Positions 8,836 through 18,023 of a stretch of 64,000 nucleotides of DNA are shown here, piece by piece. Source of the DNA: an uncultured Gammaproteobacteria bacterium (GTDB lineage Bacteria > Patescibacteriota > Microgenomatia > Levybacterales > UBA12049); assembly GCA_964491185.1 (NCBI GenBank), contig CAZBFH010000001.1, positions 16,739-80,738 on the forward strand, written 5' to 3'. The notes below the pieces were generated by a model. It ran no database searches. It saw only the letters and a list, made by a program, of their open reading frames with translations, and was not told the origin of the DNA. Made by a program: the position numbers and the translations under genes. The first letter of the stretch is position 1; the number at the start of each line of letters is the position of its first letter.

Positions 8836-9369
8836 TTAACGATGCATTTCTTGCGCAGCTTTAATTCCCAGTAAATATCCTGAGGCTGCAGTTATCAATG
8901 CTCCCCGATTATTTCCACTAATAATAACCCTTGCAGAAGATGATTCGGGACGATTATCAAAGCCAACAAATAGTCGTCCGTCTCGGGTTGTTTGATGTGA
9001 TTTTACAACTGAACCAATTTGTGTAAGTTTTGGAGCCCCAACATCATCTAATTGAAAATTCTGAAGAGGTATTACTTTTAAGCTATCAATTTCCGTTCTA
9101 AGCAAGACGTGTTCATCTGGAATTGCAGACACGTATGAATCCGGTCTTACGCCTCGAGAATAATTACCATCTAAAAAGTGAGCGAGCATTTCCCGTCCGT
9201 AAGGATCTAATCGTAGACTTAAAGCGCCTGGATACAATTCACCTAAATGTTCCAACATCCTTTCTGTAAATTTGGCAGGATCTCCAACTTCTAGATTAAG
9301 AGTTGTTTCCTGCTTTCTTCTCACTTCCTCATCTGGCGTACCCACACCTGGTTGCCTCCTATCTGTCAT
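8836..9369 (-). CDS. Hypothetical orphan protein (177 aa)
   Basis: Fills the recO-glyQS gap and has its own promoter; no recognisable motif. Confidence 0.65.
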   Translation of the reverse strand: MTDRRQPGVGTPDEEVRRKQETTLNLEVGDPAKFTERMLEHLGELYPGALSLRLDPYGREMLAHFLDGNYSRGVRPDSYVSAIPDEHVLLRTEIDSLKVIPLQNFQLDDVGAPKLTQIGSVVKSHQTTRDGRLFVGFDNRPESSSARVIISGNNRGALITAASGYLLGIKAAQEMHR

Positions 9370-9379
9370 AAGAAGATGA

Positions 9380-9407
9380 ATATTAGCACTTTTTCTTAAT
9401 TTGTCAA
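9380..9407 (-). promoter_or_regulatory. Putative sigma70 promoter
   Basis: TTGACA-16-TAATAT with TGn extension, 10 nt before ATG 9369. Confidence 0.55.
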
Positions 9408-9414
9408 CAGCTTA

Positions 9415-9948
9415 TTAAAAATTATTGAAGATTCGACGGGTTTTTATTTTCCGCTCCATTATTCCCTCTATAAAACTTTCTGAATCTTCCAAGAAAATCT
9501 GCTCCCTTGGCCAAAAGCCCAGCAAAACAATTAGCTCTTCTTCAAATCTTTTTATTCTTTTTCTTGGATCAGGAGTTATTTCTAAATCATAAAAAACTTG
9601 CTGAAGAAGATTAAAAGCTGCGCGGTTCTCCTGATGCTCTGGGAGCAAACCATCAACCAATTCACAAATATAAAAAGCATATCCTGCTCTTTCAAGATCA
9701 GATTTTAATCCTGAATGATGATTTAGAGTTTCTATTTCTGTAAGGATTGGCATGCGACCATCATGAAGATTAAAAATGCTTAAGTTAAGAAGCTCTATAT
9801 GAGATGATCTGCGACTTGAAATTTTTCTAACTCCCTTAGCGATGACAGAAATTTTTCCTCTATTCTTTGTTAAAACTGTAAGAATTCTATCAGCCTCTCC
9901 GTAATTTTTTCTCTTTATGACAATTCCCTCGGTTTTAAAGGATCTCAT
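9415..9948 (-). CDS. recO: DNA repair protein RecO (short form)
   Basis: TEGIVIKRKNYGEADRILTVLT..RGKI..IAKGVRK OB-fold N-terminus; helical C-terminus ending in LLGF.P. Confidence 0.92.
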   Translation of the reverse strand: MRSFKTEGIVIKRKNYGEADRILTVLTKNRGKISVIAKGVRKISSRRSSHIELLNLSIFNLHDGRMPILTEIETLNHHSGLKSDLERAGYAFYICELVDGLLPEHQENRAAFNLLQQVFYDLEITPDPRKRIKRFEEELIVLLGFWPREQIFLEDSESFIEGIMERKIKTRRIFNNF

Positions 9949-9949
9949 A

Positions 9950-11914
9950 TTACAAGCTTAGTTCAATTTCTTTATCCTGATCGAGTATAAACTTTTGTTT
10001 TTGTTTACCATTTACTTTAATCGTGTATTCATCCTCCGCAGTTCCTGGCTGTTTTTGAATCATAACTGGAAGAGGTGAGCCTTTTTCTACTTTAAATGGA
10101 AGAGTATATTCAAGTGTAAGTTTTCCAATACCAAGTGGCCTGACCGTCAAGAATCCTTCGAAAACAGTTTTTCCAAACTCTTCATATGTGGTCATTTTTA
10201 CTTCTGATCCGCTTGAATCTTTTAATTTACTTCCCTTTGGAACATAAACGCGGAACCAATTTCTCCATGGAGCATTAAGACAAAGGCTATTCTCAGCTTC
10301 TAGATTACAGTTTGAAGGCTTATGTGTATTTTTATAGTTAACAGTAACTTTTTTAGTAATTACTCCATTTCCTCCAACCGTATATTCTTGTTCTACATTT
10401 TGATCTACGAATAGATTTGATTTTGCCCCTCCGAAATTAGCTTCGTTAAGATGGAAATAATCACCCTCAAAGTCCCTAATTTGTCCTGTCGCGTTAACCG
10501 CAGAGAGTCCTTCCATAGCATCTTTATTTTCTAAGCTAAACAAAATATGCTTCTGGCCAATTTCAGAGAACATTGCTTGCATAAGAGGCCCCCAATACTG
10601 CTTAGGCGAGGACTGGAAAGCTTTATTCATAATCGCAAGCATAAGATCCCCTATGATACTTTTCCTATCAGATCTAATATATTGAACTCTGATTCCCGCA
10701 AACTCTTCTAATTCATAAATAACTTGTGGACAATCGCATCTCTCATCAATCTTAGTTGTGTAAGTTTGCCCATTTACCTGAATATCTCCTAAAACATTCA
10801 TCGCAGCGACCAGCGCATTGGTATCAATAGCAATAATTCCGTCTACATCTACGTAATTACCTGCATCTTTATAAATATCTCTAAATTCTTTCATGGACTC
10901 CTGGAAGTCTGGAGAAAGATTACTGTCACGAAGATTTAAGACTGGAACTTTTGGTAGATATTTTAATATTGGCTCTGGAGCTTTTTCCTTACCTGAAATA
11001 GTGTTATCTAGGGTATAAATATCTTCTGAAGTATCAACTTTAATTACGCCTTTATTAATTCTAAAAATCGCATAAGCCGTAAGAAATCCTCCTGTAGGAC
11101 GAAGCTCTTTATCATTCTGGAAAAGCACGAAATATTTCTTTTCTTCTTTCTCTCCTAGAAGCTGCGGGAGAACCTTGATAAATGGACTCGCATCTTCTAT
11201 GAATTTAGTTCCATCATCTGCCAGAGTTCTCATGGTTACCATTCCATTCCTGACTTTTCCTCCTGCTATAAACTTTGGATAATCATTTGGATTTACATAA
11301 GATATTTCTTTCTGGGCGAGCTTTAAAGATTTTGCAATATCATCAATCCTAGGAGTGACCTTTCCCATGGTTTGAACTGCTGTTTCAATCCTTTTTTCTG
11401 CACTTCCCCCGACAAAGCTTCCTTGCCCCTTAAGTCCTAAAACATCTGCATATGGCTCTACCGACTCAACGAACACATCAGCTGCATCTAAACCATAGAA
11501 ACCAGCATTTACCATATGCCTCGCATCGTTATAGTAAATATTAGGTCCAGGAATAAATCTCATAAGAAAAAGTAAATTTAGTTTTTTCTGAGTATCCTTT
11601 AGAGCTTCGCGGGTTTTCTTAAGCTCCTTGCCCGTAGCTTCTATATCCTGCTTCTTAAGTGCGTCCACAGTGGCGTTAACCTGAGCATATGTCTTTTTAG
11701 CTGAAAGGTATGTTAGGAAACCCGGAATGATAATTAAAAGCACTAAAATAACGAAAACCACAAGAAGCCCAAAACCCACTTTTTTATTCTTAAGTCTGCC
11801 AAGTTTTGAAAACCTAGAATTTGCTCTAGGGCTTGTTTGGATTTTTTCTGTTGGAGTATTTGTTGATTTTACGGGCGCTTCTGAGCTAAGCTCAATCTTT
11901 TCGAATCCATCCAT
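9950..11914 (-). CDS. DUF4012-like membrane-anchored protein
   Basis: One TM, long helical stalk, LFQNDKELRPTGGF, RDSNLSPDF, DGIIAID, NFGGAKSN and QKQPG motifs. Confidence 0.82.
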   Translation of the reverse strand: MDGFEKIELSSEAPVKSTNTPTEKIQTSPRANSRFSKLGRLKNKKVGFGLLVVFVILVLLIIIPGFLTYLSAKKTYAQVNATVDALKKQDIEATGKELKKTREALKDTQKKLNLLFLMRFIPGPNIYYNDARHMVNAGFYGLDAADVFVESVEPYADVLGLKGQGSFVGGSAEKRIETAVQTMGKVTPRIDDIAKSLKLAQKEISYVNPNDYPKFIAGGKVRNGMVTMRTLADDGTKFIEDASPFIKVLPQLLGEKEEKKYFVLFQNDKELRPTGGFLTAYAIFRINKGVIKVDTSEDIYTLDNTISGKEKAPEPILKYLPKVPVLNLRDSNLSPDFQESMKEFRDIYKDAGNYVDVDGIIAIDTNALVAAMNVLGDIQVNGQTYTTKIDERCDCPQVIYELEEFAGIRVQYIRSDRKSIIGDLMLAIMNKAFQSSPKQYWGPLMQAMFSEIGQKHILFSLENKDAMEGLSAVNATGQIRDFEGDYFHLNEANFGGAKSNLFVDQNVEQEYTVGGNGVITKKVTVNYKNTHKPSNCNLEAENSLCLNAPWRNWFRVYVPKGSKLKDSSGSEVKMTTYEEFGKTVFEGFLTVRPLGIGKLTLEYTLPFKVEKGSPLPVMIQKQPGTAEDEYTIKVNGKQKQKFILDQDKEIELSL

Positions 11915-11920
11915 TAAGAT

Positions 11921-11950
11921 ATGATACTAGGTCACAAATGGTCGTGTCAA
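11921..11950 (-). promoter_or_regulatory. Putative sigma70 promoter, leaderless
   Basis: TTGACA-18-TATCAT, then 6 nt to ATG 11914. Confidence 0.62.
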
Positions 11951-12003
11951 ATTGACAAAATGTGAAAGAAGAAGATCACGCAGTTAGTAACTAGTCAATC
12001 TTT

Positions 12004-12026
12004 CAAGGCCTCCCTGCGAGGCTAAA
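12004..12026. repeat. Degenerate partial copy of the 6904 palindrome
   Basis: CAAGGCCT-ccct-GCGAGGCTAAA versus CAAGGCCT-ggcctt-GCGAGGCTAAA at 6913-6937. Confidence 0.6.
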
Positions 12027-12687
12027 GGGCGCCTTTCCCTGAAATCATGGCACCTGGGGTTTTCATAATTATAGACATATCATATGCAATTGATCTTTTC
12101 TTAACATACTCAGCATCCATTTTTATTCTTTTATCAAAATTTATCTCAGATCTTCCAGAAACCTGCCAATATCCAGTCACCCCAGGACGTACTGAAAGTA
12201 CAATTTTTACAGGCTCCCGAGTCTCCGGATATCTAACCTGTTGATCCCTAAGCTCATCTGGATAATATGCGCGAGGCCCAACAAGACTCATGTCACCTTT
12301 TAAAATATTAAAAAACTGAGGAACTTCATCAAGAGAATGCTTTCTAATAAAATGCCCAACATTTGTAATCCTTGGATCATCTTTTAACTTATAACTTCCT
12401 TTCTTATAATCCCTATACAGTTCTGCAAATTTAGGATTTTCCCGCAAAAGCTCATGAGCATTTTCAATCATGGAGCGGAATTTATACATCTTAAATAGCT
12501 TGCCGTTTTTTCCAACTCTCTCAGGAGTATCCGCCAAAACAGGCCCTTTTGAGTCAAGCTTAATGGCTATTGCAACTAAAATAATTATTGGGGAAAAGAT
12601 AACAATAAGAACAAGAGACAAAACTATATCTAGTAGTCTCTTAAAAAACTCATACAAAACACTTTTTCTGACTTCGATAATAGGCAT
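12022..12687 (-). CDS. Priming phosphoglycosyl transferase (bacterial sugar transferase, small PglC/WcaJ-catalytic-domain type)
   Basis: KRLLDI, FKMYKFRSM, DDPRIT, SLDEVPQ, GDMSLVGPR, PGVTGYWQVSGRS. Confidence 0.93.
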   Translation of the reverse strand: MPIIEVRKSVLYEFFKRLLDIVLSLVLIVIFSPIIILVAIAIKLDSKGPVLADTPERVGKNGKLFKMYKFRSMIENAHELLRENPKFAELYRDYKKGSYKLKDDPRITNVGHFIRKHSLDEVPQFFNILKGDMSLVGPRAYYPDELRDQQVRYPETREPVKIVLSVRPGVTGYWQVSGRSEINFDKRIKMDAEYVKKRSIAYDMSIIMKTPGAMISGKGAL

Positions 12688-12688
12688 A

Positions 12689-13762
12689 TTACGTAAGGTG
12701 TTCGTTGGGAGTTCCTGCGAGACTCTCTACTAACTTTTTAATTTTAGGAACAGAAGACTTAGGGCAAACCAAAACTACATCCTCAGTATTAATTACAAGC
12801 ATTTCCGATAAATCAATTCCTACAGTTAACTGGTTTGTGTAATTAAATACGAGGCTATCCCTAGAATCTTCTATCATGACTTTTCCCTTAGTCACATTTT
12901 CATCAACTTTTTCACTAAGCGCTTCTTTTAGAGCCTCCCACGCTCCAATATCACTCCACCCAATATCTACTGAAATTACTGAAATCTTACTTGTTGTAAA
13001 TTTCTCAAGTATTGCGTCGTCAAAACTAATCTTCTCAAGCGTTGGATAAATTTCATCAAGTGATTTTTCAAAATCTGAAGAGTCAACGATTTTGATAAGA
13101 TCCTCATACATTTGAGGCACAAATCTTTCAAATTTCTCAATCAGATAAGAAGGGGTTGTAACAAAATATCCTAAGTTCCAAACATAGTGTTCATCCTGAA
13201 AAAAGTCTTCAGCCTGAGACAGTTTTGGCCTATATTTAAGTTTTTTAAATTCTAACGCTCGAAGACCTTCCTCAGTCCAAAGCTCATCACCGCAATAAAT
13301 CCACCCTACATTTTGGTTTGCGAATCTGGGCTTTTGACCTATGAAAACAAAGTCTGATTTTCCATCAAGAATAGATTTTTCAGCCATACGAAGAGCTTTT
13401 TGAAAAATCTTAATCTCTCTAACCATATGATCACTCCAGATAATCGCCATGGGTTCGTTTGGGAATTTTTTATTAATTATGGCCGTTGTAAGTCCAATTG
13501 CAGGCCCAACATCTCTCATTTCGGGCTCAAAAATAAAATTATCTTTTGGAATCTCAGGGAGCTGCGAAATAACTATATCTTTATATCTTTTTCCAGTAGC
13601 GACATAAATATCTTGCGGGCTAAACTCCGGCTGAAGTCTTGCAACCGCATCTTGAAGAGTTGATTTGTCACCTATTAATTTTCCAAATTGCTTTGGAGTA
13701 TTCTTCCTTGATAGTGGCCAAAGCCTTGTTCCTACTCCTCCTGCGAAAATAACTACTTTCAT
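12689..13762 (-). CDS. manC: Mannose-1-phosphate guanylyltransferase-like nucleotidyltransferase (no PMI cupin)
   Basis: AGGVGTRLWPLSRKNTPKQF, EP..RD, SDH, ISFD.AILEK, GWSDIGAW; C-terminal beta-helix. Confidence 0.8.
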   Translation of the reverse strand: MKVVIFAGGVGTRLWPLSRKNTPKQFGKLIGDKSTLQDAVARLQPEFSPQDIYVATGKRYKDIVISQLPEIPKDNFIFEPEMRDVGPAIGLTTAIINKKFPNEPMAIIWSDHMVREIKIFQKALRMAEKSILDGKSDFVFIGQKPRFANQNVGWIYCGDELWTEEGLRALEFKKLKYRPKLSQAEDFFQDEHYVWNLGYFVTTPSYLIEKFERFVPQMYEDLIKIVDSSDFEKSLDEIYPTLEKISFDDAILEKFTTSKISVISVDIGWSDIGAWEALKEALSEKVDENVTKGKVMIEDSRDSLVFNYTNQLTVGIDLSEMLVINTEDVVLVCPKSSVPKIKKLVESLAGTPNEHLT

Positions 13763-14844
13763 AAATTTGTATTCTTTTCTATGAATTCTTCCAAATTTTT
13801 CTTAAAGTTTTTATAAGAAAATCTCTCTGAATTCCTTATTATGTCAGCCTTATTATATAGTCTTTCATCAAATCTTTCCAATACCCTATTTATCGATTCC
13901 GGGCTTTGTTCTTGAAAAAACTCACCAGTAATTCCTTTTTTAACTATGTCCAATGCTCCTCCGCTTTTAAATGCTATGACTGGTTTTCCAAAAGCCTGGG
14001 CCTCTGCCATTACTAATCCAAAGTCTTCATTTCCGGGAAAAATTAAAGCTTTGCAATTTTCATAGTAATACCTAAGCTTCTCATCTGTCAATTCTCCAAG
14101 AAACTGTATGTTTCTATTTGAGCGTTTTTTTAATGATGCCATCATAGGCCCTCCCCCAATTATTTTTAAAGGAAGTCCATTTTTATTAAATGCCTCAACT
14201 GCAAGATCTACTCTTTTGTAATTACTAAATCTAGACATACGTGACACTAGAAGAAAATAATCGTTTTTTCTTTTTTTAATATTTTTGGGAATATCAAGCA
14301 TAAGTGGGGGGAAAATTATTTCACTATTTCGATCGTAATATTTCTTAATTCTATTTTTTACTTCCGAAGAAATCGCAATCATATAATCTGGTCTTTGAGA
14401 AGCCACAAGATCCCATTTTCTTAAATATTTTATGGATCCTGTTGATAAAAATTTAATCAAAGGACTCCTGAAATATTCATCATGCCCACTCCATAAATAT
14501 CTCGTTGGCGTAAGACAATAGCAAACATGTATTGTTCCCGTATTTGTAATTATTCCTTTAGCCGCTTCACTTGTTACTGAGATTACAAGTTCATAGTCAT
14601 CAAATGAAAAGCGCTCAAAAGCAATTGGCATGAAAACTGCAAGAAGCTCATTATACTTTCGAAGAGCAGAAGCACTTTGAAGAAATGAAGTTTTTATTTC
14701 AAAATCATTTGCCCATTTACTCCCTTCAAAACTCCTAACAGATGTGAACAAAGGAGCATCTGGAAACATTTTGTGAAGCGCTAAAAGGACTCTTTCTGCT
14801 CCACCCCATTTATTTACCCGATCATATACTAGTGCGACTTTCAT
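13759..14844 (-). CDS. GT4 glycosyltransferase (WbaZ-like)
   Basis: GGAERVL, YCLTPTRYLW, EDFGLVMAEAQAFGKPVIA. Confidence 0.9.
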   Translation of the reverse strand: MKVALVYDRVNKWGGAERVLLALHKMFPDAPLFTSVRSFEGSKWANDFEIKTSFLQSASALRKYNELLAVFMPIAFERFSFDDYELVISVTSEAAKGIITNTGTIHVCYCLTPTRYLWSGHDEYFRSPLIKFLSTGSIKYLRKWDLVASQRPDYMIAISSEVKNRIKKYYDRNSEIIFPPLMLDIPKNIKKRKNDYFLLVSRMSRFSNYKRVDLAVEAFNKNGLPLKIIGGGPMMASLKKRSNRNIQFLGELTDEKLRYYYENCKALIFPGNEDFGLVMAEAQAFGKPVIAFKSGGALDIVKKGITGEFFQEQSPESINRVLERFDERLYNKADIIRNSERFSYKNFKKNLEEFIEKNTNL

Positions 14845-14880
14845 ATTATTTATTTAGGCAGAGGTGGCTTATGCCAAATT

Positions 14881-15987
14881 CTATGAGGTGCTACCTTCAT
14901 AAACCGTTAAAGTTTCTCTAGCTGTTTTTTCCCACGAATATTTTCCTGCTTGGTCGTGTCCCTTTTTAACTAATTTCTCTTTATCGGAAAGATTCAAACT
15001 TAAGACGTAGTTCATTTTCGAAAGTATATCATCTGTTTTGAATTGATCAAAGTAAATAATTGAATCCCCAAAAATCTCCCTATGAACAGGTATGTCGGAA
15101 GCCAAGACTAAACAATCATTTTCAAGCGCTTCCAAAGGCGGAAGACTGAACCCCTCCATTAAGCTTGTCCTAACCAACGCAGTTGCACCTTTATAAAGCT
15201 CTGACAATCTTTCGTCCGATACATTTTCCAGAAAGTGCACGCTTCCTTCCTTAAAATTTTTCCTAACATGATCTTTAAGTTTTTTGTATAAAAAATCATT
15301 ACTTCCAACAAAAACTAAACGAAGAGATGAATCTTTTCGTGAAAGAATCTTAAACGATTCAAGAAGAAGTCCTACATTTTTATGCGCAAAAACATTTCCT
15401 ACATAAAGAAAATAATTTTTTATTTTCTCTTCTTTTTTATTGGATTTTTTCATATCATCAGCTGCCTCATAAATAACATCAATTTTTGATTTATTAACTT
15501 TTAAAGTCTCGCTTATATCTTTTTTTGTAAAATCAGAAACAGCAATAATTTTTTTCGAAACTCTAACTGCATTTGCAACTACAACTCGATAAGCGATAAC
15601 TTTAAAACCCAAAAGCCAGAGAGGAAGAGTTGAAGAAGCACCACTTACGTAATGGTGAAAAATTAAATCATGAATCGTTACTACGTATGGACGCCTATAA
15701 AAAATGGGAACACTAAAATAAGGAAAATGCATTAAGTCTAATTTTTCTTTTTTTATAACTTTGGGAAAGAATAATTGCTCTTTAATTGAGTGCCATTTAT
15801 ATTCTGCATTTACTATTTTCCAATTTTTATTTTTTATTTTTTCTTCAATTTCTTTTTTATCAGACTTTAAAACAAACAAAACATAAGAATTTTTATTATC
15901 TATCTCAGATAAATTTATAGTTAGATTTCTAATATATCTACCAACTCCTGTTTGACTCCAAAGGCGACAATCAACTCCTATTTTCAT
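14881..15987 (-). CDS. GT4 glycosyltransferase (MtfB/WbpY-like)
   Basis: MKIGVD, TGVGRY, TIHDL, HKN, EGFSLPPLEA. Confidence 0.9.
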   Translation of the reverse strand: MKIGVDCRLWSQTGVGRYIRNLTINLSEIDNKNSYVLFVLKSDKKEIEEKIKNKNWKIVNAEYKWHSIKEQLFFPKVIKKEKLDLMHFPYFSVPIFYRRPYVVTIHDLIFHHYVSGASSTLPLWLLGFKVIAYRVVVANAVRVSKKIIAVSDFTKKDISETLKVNKSKIDVIYEAADDMKKSNKKEEKIKNYFLYVGNVFAHKNVGLLLESFKILSRKDSSLRLVFVGSNDFLYKKLKDHVRKNFKEGSVHFLENVSDERLSELYKGATALVRTSLMEGFSLPPLEALENDCLVLASDIPVHREIFGDSIIYFDQFKTDDILSKMNYVLSLNLSDKEKLVKKGHDQAGKYSWEKTARETLTVYEGSTS

Positions 15988-16856
15988 ACTATTTTTTTTC
16001 TTCGGGTTAAAAATAATCTAATATCAATCCCAAGATATACTAACCAATTTAAAAAGAATGGATACTTTTTTGCATAATGTTTTTTGTAAAATATTTTCAT
16101 TGTCATATAAAAATATCCAAGTGATTTATTTTTTGTAGAATTATCTGCACCAGAATTCCTTTGACTATGTTTTTTAATGCCAGAAGACACTCCTTTGACA
16201 TGCAGAATTTTTACCTCTGGAACATACATAACTTTAAATCCTGCTTTTTTTACTCTAAAGCATAGATCAATATCCTCGCCGTAAAGAAAATAATCCTCGT
16301 CAAAATATCCAGTCTTTTCAAGTACTGATTTTCTTATAAACATAAACGCACCAACAACAGAATCCACCTCGTGAGTTTTTGACATATCTCTATTTGTTAA
16401 ATGATAAAGCCTATCGTTCTTTAAAAAGAAGTATAAAAACGAAGCGAATGGAGTCGGAAAACCTCTATGAGAAGCCGCATCAATTGAACCATCTTCTTTC
16501 TCGACTCGAGAAGAAGCAATTCCAACATCTAAATTCGTATCCATGTAATCAGATACAAACTTTAATGTACCTGGTGGAACTTCACTATCTGGATTAAGGG
16601 TTAATAAATATGGAGTATTAGCTTTTTTTAAAACTAAATTATGTGCTTTACCAAATCCTAAATTTTCTTTATTAAAAATAAAATTAAATTGGGGAAATTT
16701 TTCTTTAGCTTTTTCTTGACTTCCATCAGACGAATTATTATCAACTATGAAAACGTCAAATTCTAATTCATTCTCAATTTTTTTCAAAGATTCCAAACAT
16801 TTAATTAGATAGTCTCCAGCATTAAAATTAACGATAGAGATTGTTAGTTTTTTCAT
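15984..16856 (-). CDS. GT2 glycosyltransferase (WbbL/rhamnosyltransferase-like)
   Basis: IVNFN, VDNNSSDGS, NLGFGKAHN, LNPD, GAFM, FDEDYFLYGEDID. Confidence 0.9.
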   Translation of the reverse strand: MKKLTISIVNFNAGDYLIKCLESLKKIENELEFDVFIVDNNSSDGSQEKAKEKFPQFNFIFNKENLGFGKAHNLVLKKANTPYLLTLNPDSEVPPGTLKFVSDYMDTNLDVGIASSRVEKEDGSIDAASHRGFPTPFASFLYFFLKNDRLYHLTNRDMSKTHEVDSVVGAFMFIRKSVLEKTGYFDEDYFLYGEDIDLCFRVKKAGFKVMYVPEVKILHVKGVSSGIKKHSQRNSGADNSTKNKSLGYFYMTMKIFYKKHYAKKYPFFLNWLVYLGIDIRLFLTRRKKIV

Positions 16857-18023
16857 TTAATTTAAACTTTCGTAAACTTTATCCAATTTTTCAGAAATAT
16901 TTTTCCAGTCAAAGTTTTTTTCTATGAATTTTCTACTATTTCTTGAAATCTTTTCATATAAATATTCATCGGAAAGAAGAAGTGACGCTTTATTGGAAAA
17001 TTCTTCTGGTTTATCGCAAATAATTATTTCCTCATTTTCCGTAGCCTTAATTCCCTCATTCCCAAGTGCAGTAGTGATCACAGGAGTACCGGTAGACATA
17101 GCTTCTAATATTTTAAAATTTGTTCCCCCACCCACCCTAATTGGAGCAAGTAAAATATCAGCCTCTTGAAAAATATTTTCCGTTTTATTCGAAGCATTCT
17201 CATCAAAAACAACAGAGAGGTCCCCAATTGCTTTAATAGAATCTGGAATTTTTTTCCCTACTACCCAAAGAGAAGTATTGGGATTATTCTTCAAAATTTT
17301 AGGCCAGATATTTTTTATAATATAAACTATTGAGTCTCTATTTTGAATCCATTTAAAATCTCCAATAAATAAAACCTTTTTGTGTGTTTTATCTTTTATA
17401 ATTTTTTTCATTTTAAATTTCTGAGTATCAACACCATTTGGAATTATATCTACATCCCTTTTCATCTCTTCTGCCTCTACTTTCGAGACTGCAATTAACT
17501 TAGTAGCTTTTTTCCAATATGCTTTTTCTGCTCTTTTCAGTTTTAAAATATCAAGATATAAAAGAGGACGCCCAATAATTAAACTTTTCTTAACAAACTT
17601 CTCATAAACTTTGTACTCTATATTATGCTCTGCTAAAACAACGGGTAAATTAGTCCTGGGTAAATTTTGCATCACGTAAAAGGTCTCTACGTGAATAAGG
17701 TCAAACACCTCTTCATTTATCAGTTTTGAAATAATTTTTTTCATTTCAAGATTTCTATGTCCTGTTATTAAAAAAGGATCTAAGGAAAATCCTGTTCTTA
17801 AAATGTTTTTCGGGGTCCATTGTTTTTTTCGGTCAACCGTATAAACCTCATCACAAATTTTGGAAACCTCCCCTATGTCTTTCGTAGTCTGATAATCTCT
17901 TTTTTCACAAACCAACGTTATTGAATGTTTTTCCGATAAATTTTTAATAAGATTATAAAGACGAATCTGTCCACCTGAAAAGAGTGGGTAGGGAAGATAT
18001 GATGAAACTATTAATATTTTCAT
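16857..18023 (-). CDS. GT4 glycosyltransferase
   Basis: PYPLFSGGQIR, EHNIE, IPNGVD, GGGTNFKILEAM. Confidence 0.88.
   Translation of the reverse strand: MKILIVSSYLPYPLFSGGQIRLYNLIKNLSEKHSITLVCEKRDYQTTKDIGEVSKICDEVYTVDRKKQWTPKNILRTGFSLDPFLITGHRNLEMKKIISKLINEEVFDLIHVETFYVMQNLPRTNLPVVLAEHNIEYKVYEKFVKKSLIIGRPLLYLDILKLKRAEKAYWKKATKLIAVSKVEAEEMKRDVDIIPNGVDTQKFKMKKIIKDKTHKKVLFIGDFKWIQNRDSIVYIIKNIWPKILKNNPNTSLWVVGKKIPDSIKAIGDLSVVFDENASNKTENIFQEADILLAPIRVGGGTNFKILEAMSTGTPVITTALGNEGIKATENEEIIICDKPEEFSNKASLLLSDEYLYEKISRNSRKFIEKNFDWKNISEKLDKVYESLN

Noticed and set aside
14853-14878. Weak hairpin (GGCA...TGCC) between two GT4 genes
   Set aside because: Short imperfect stem with no convincing U-tract; could be chance.
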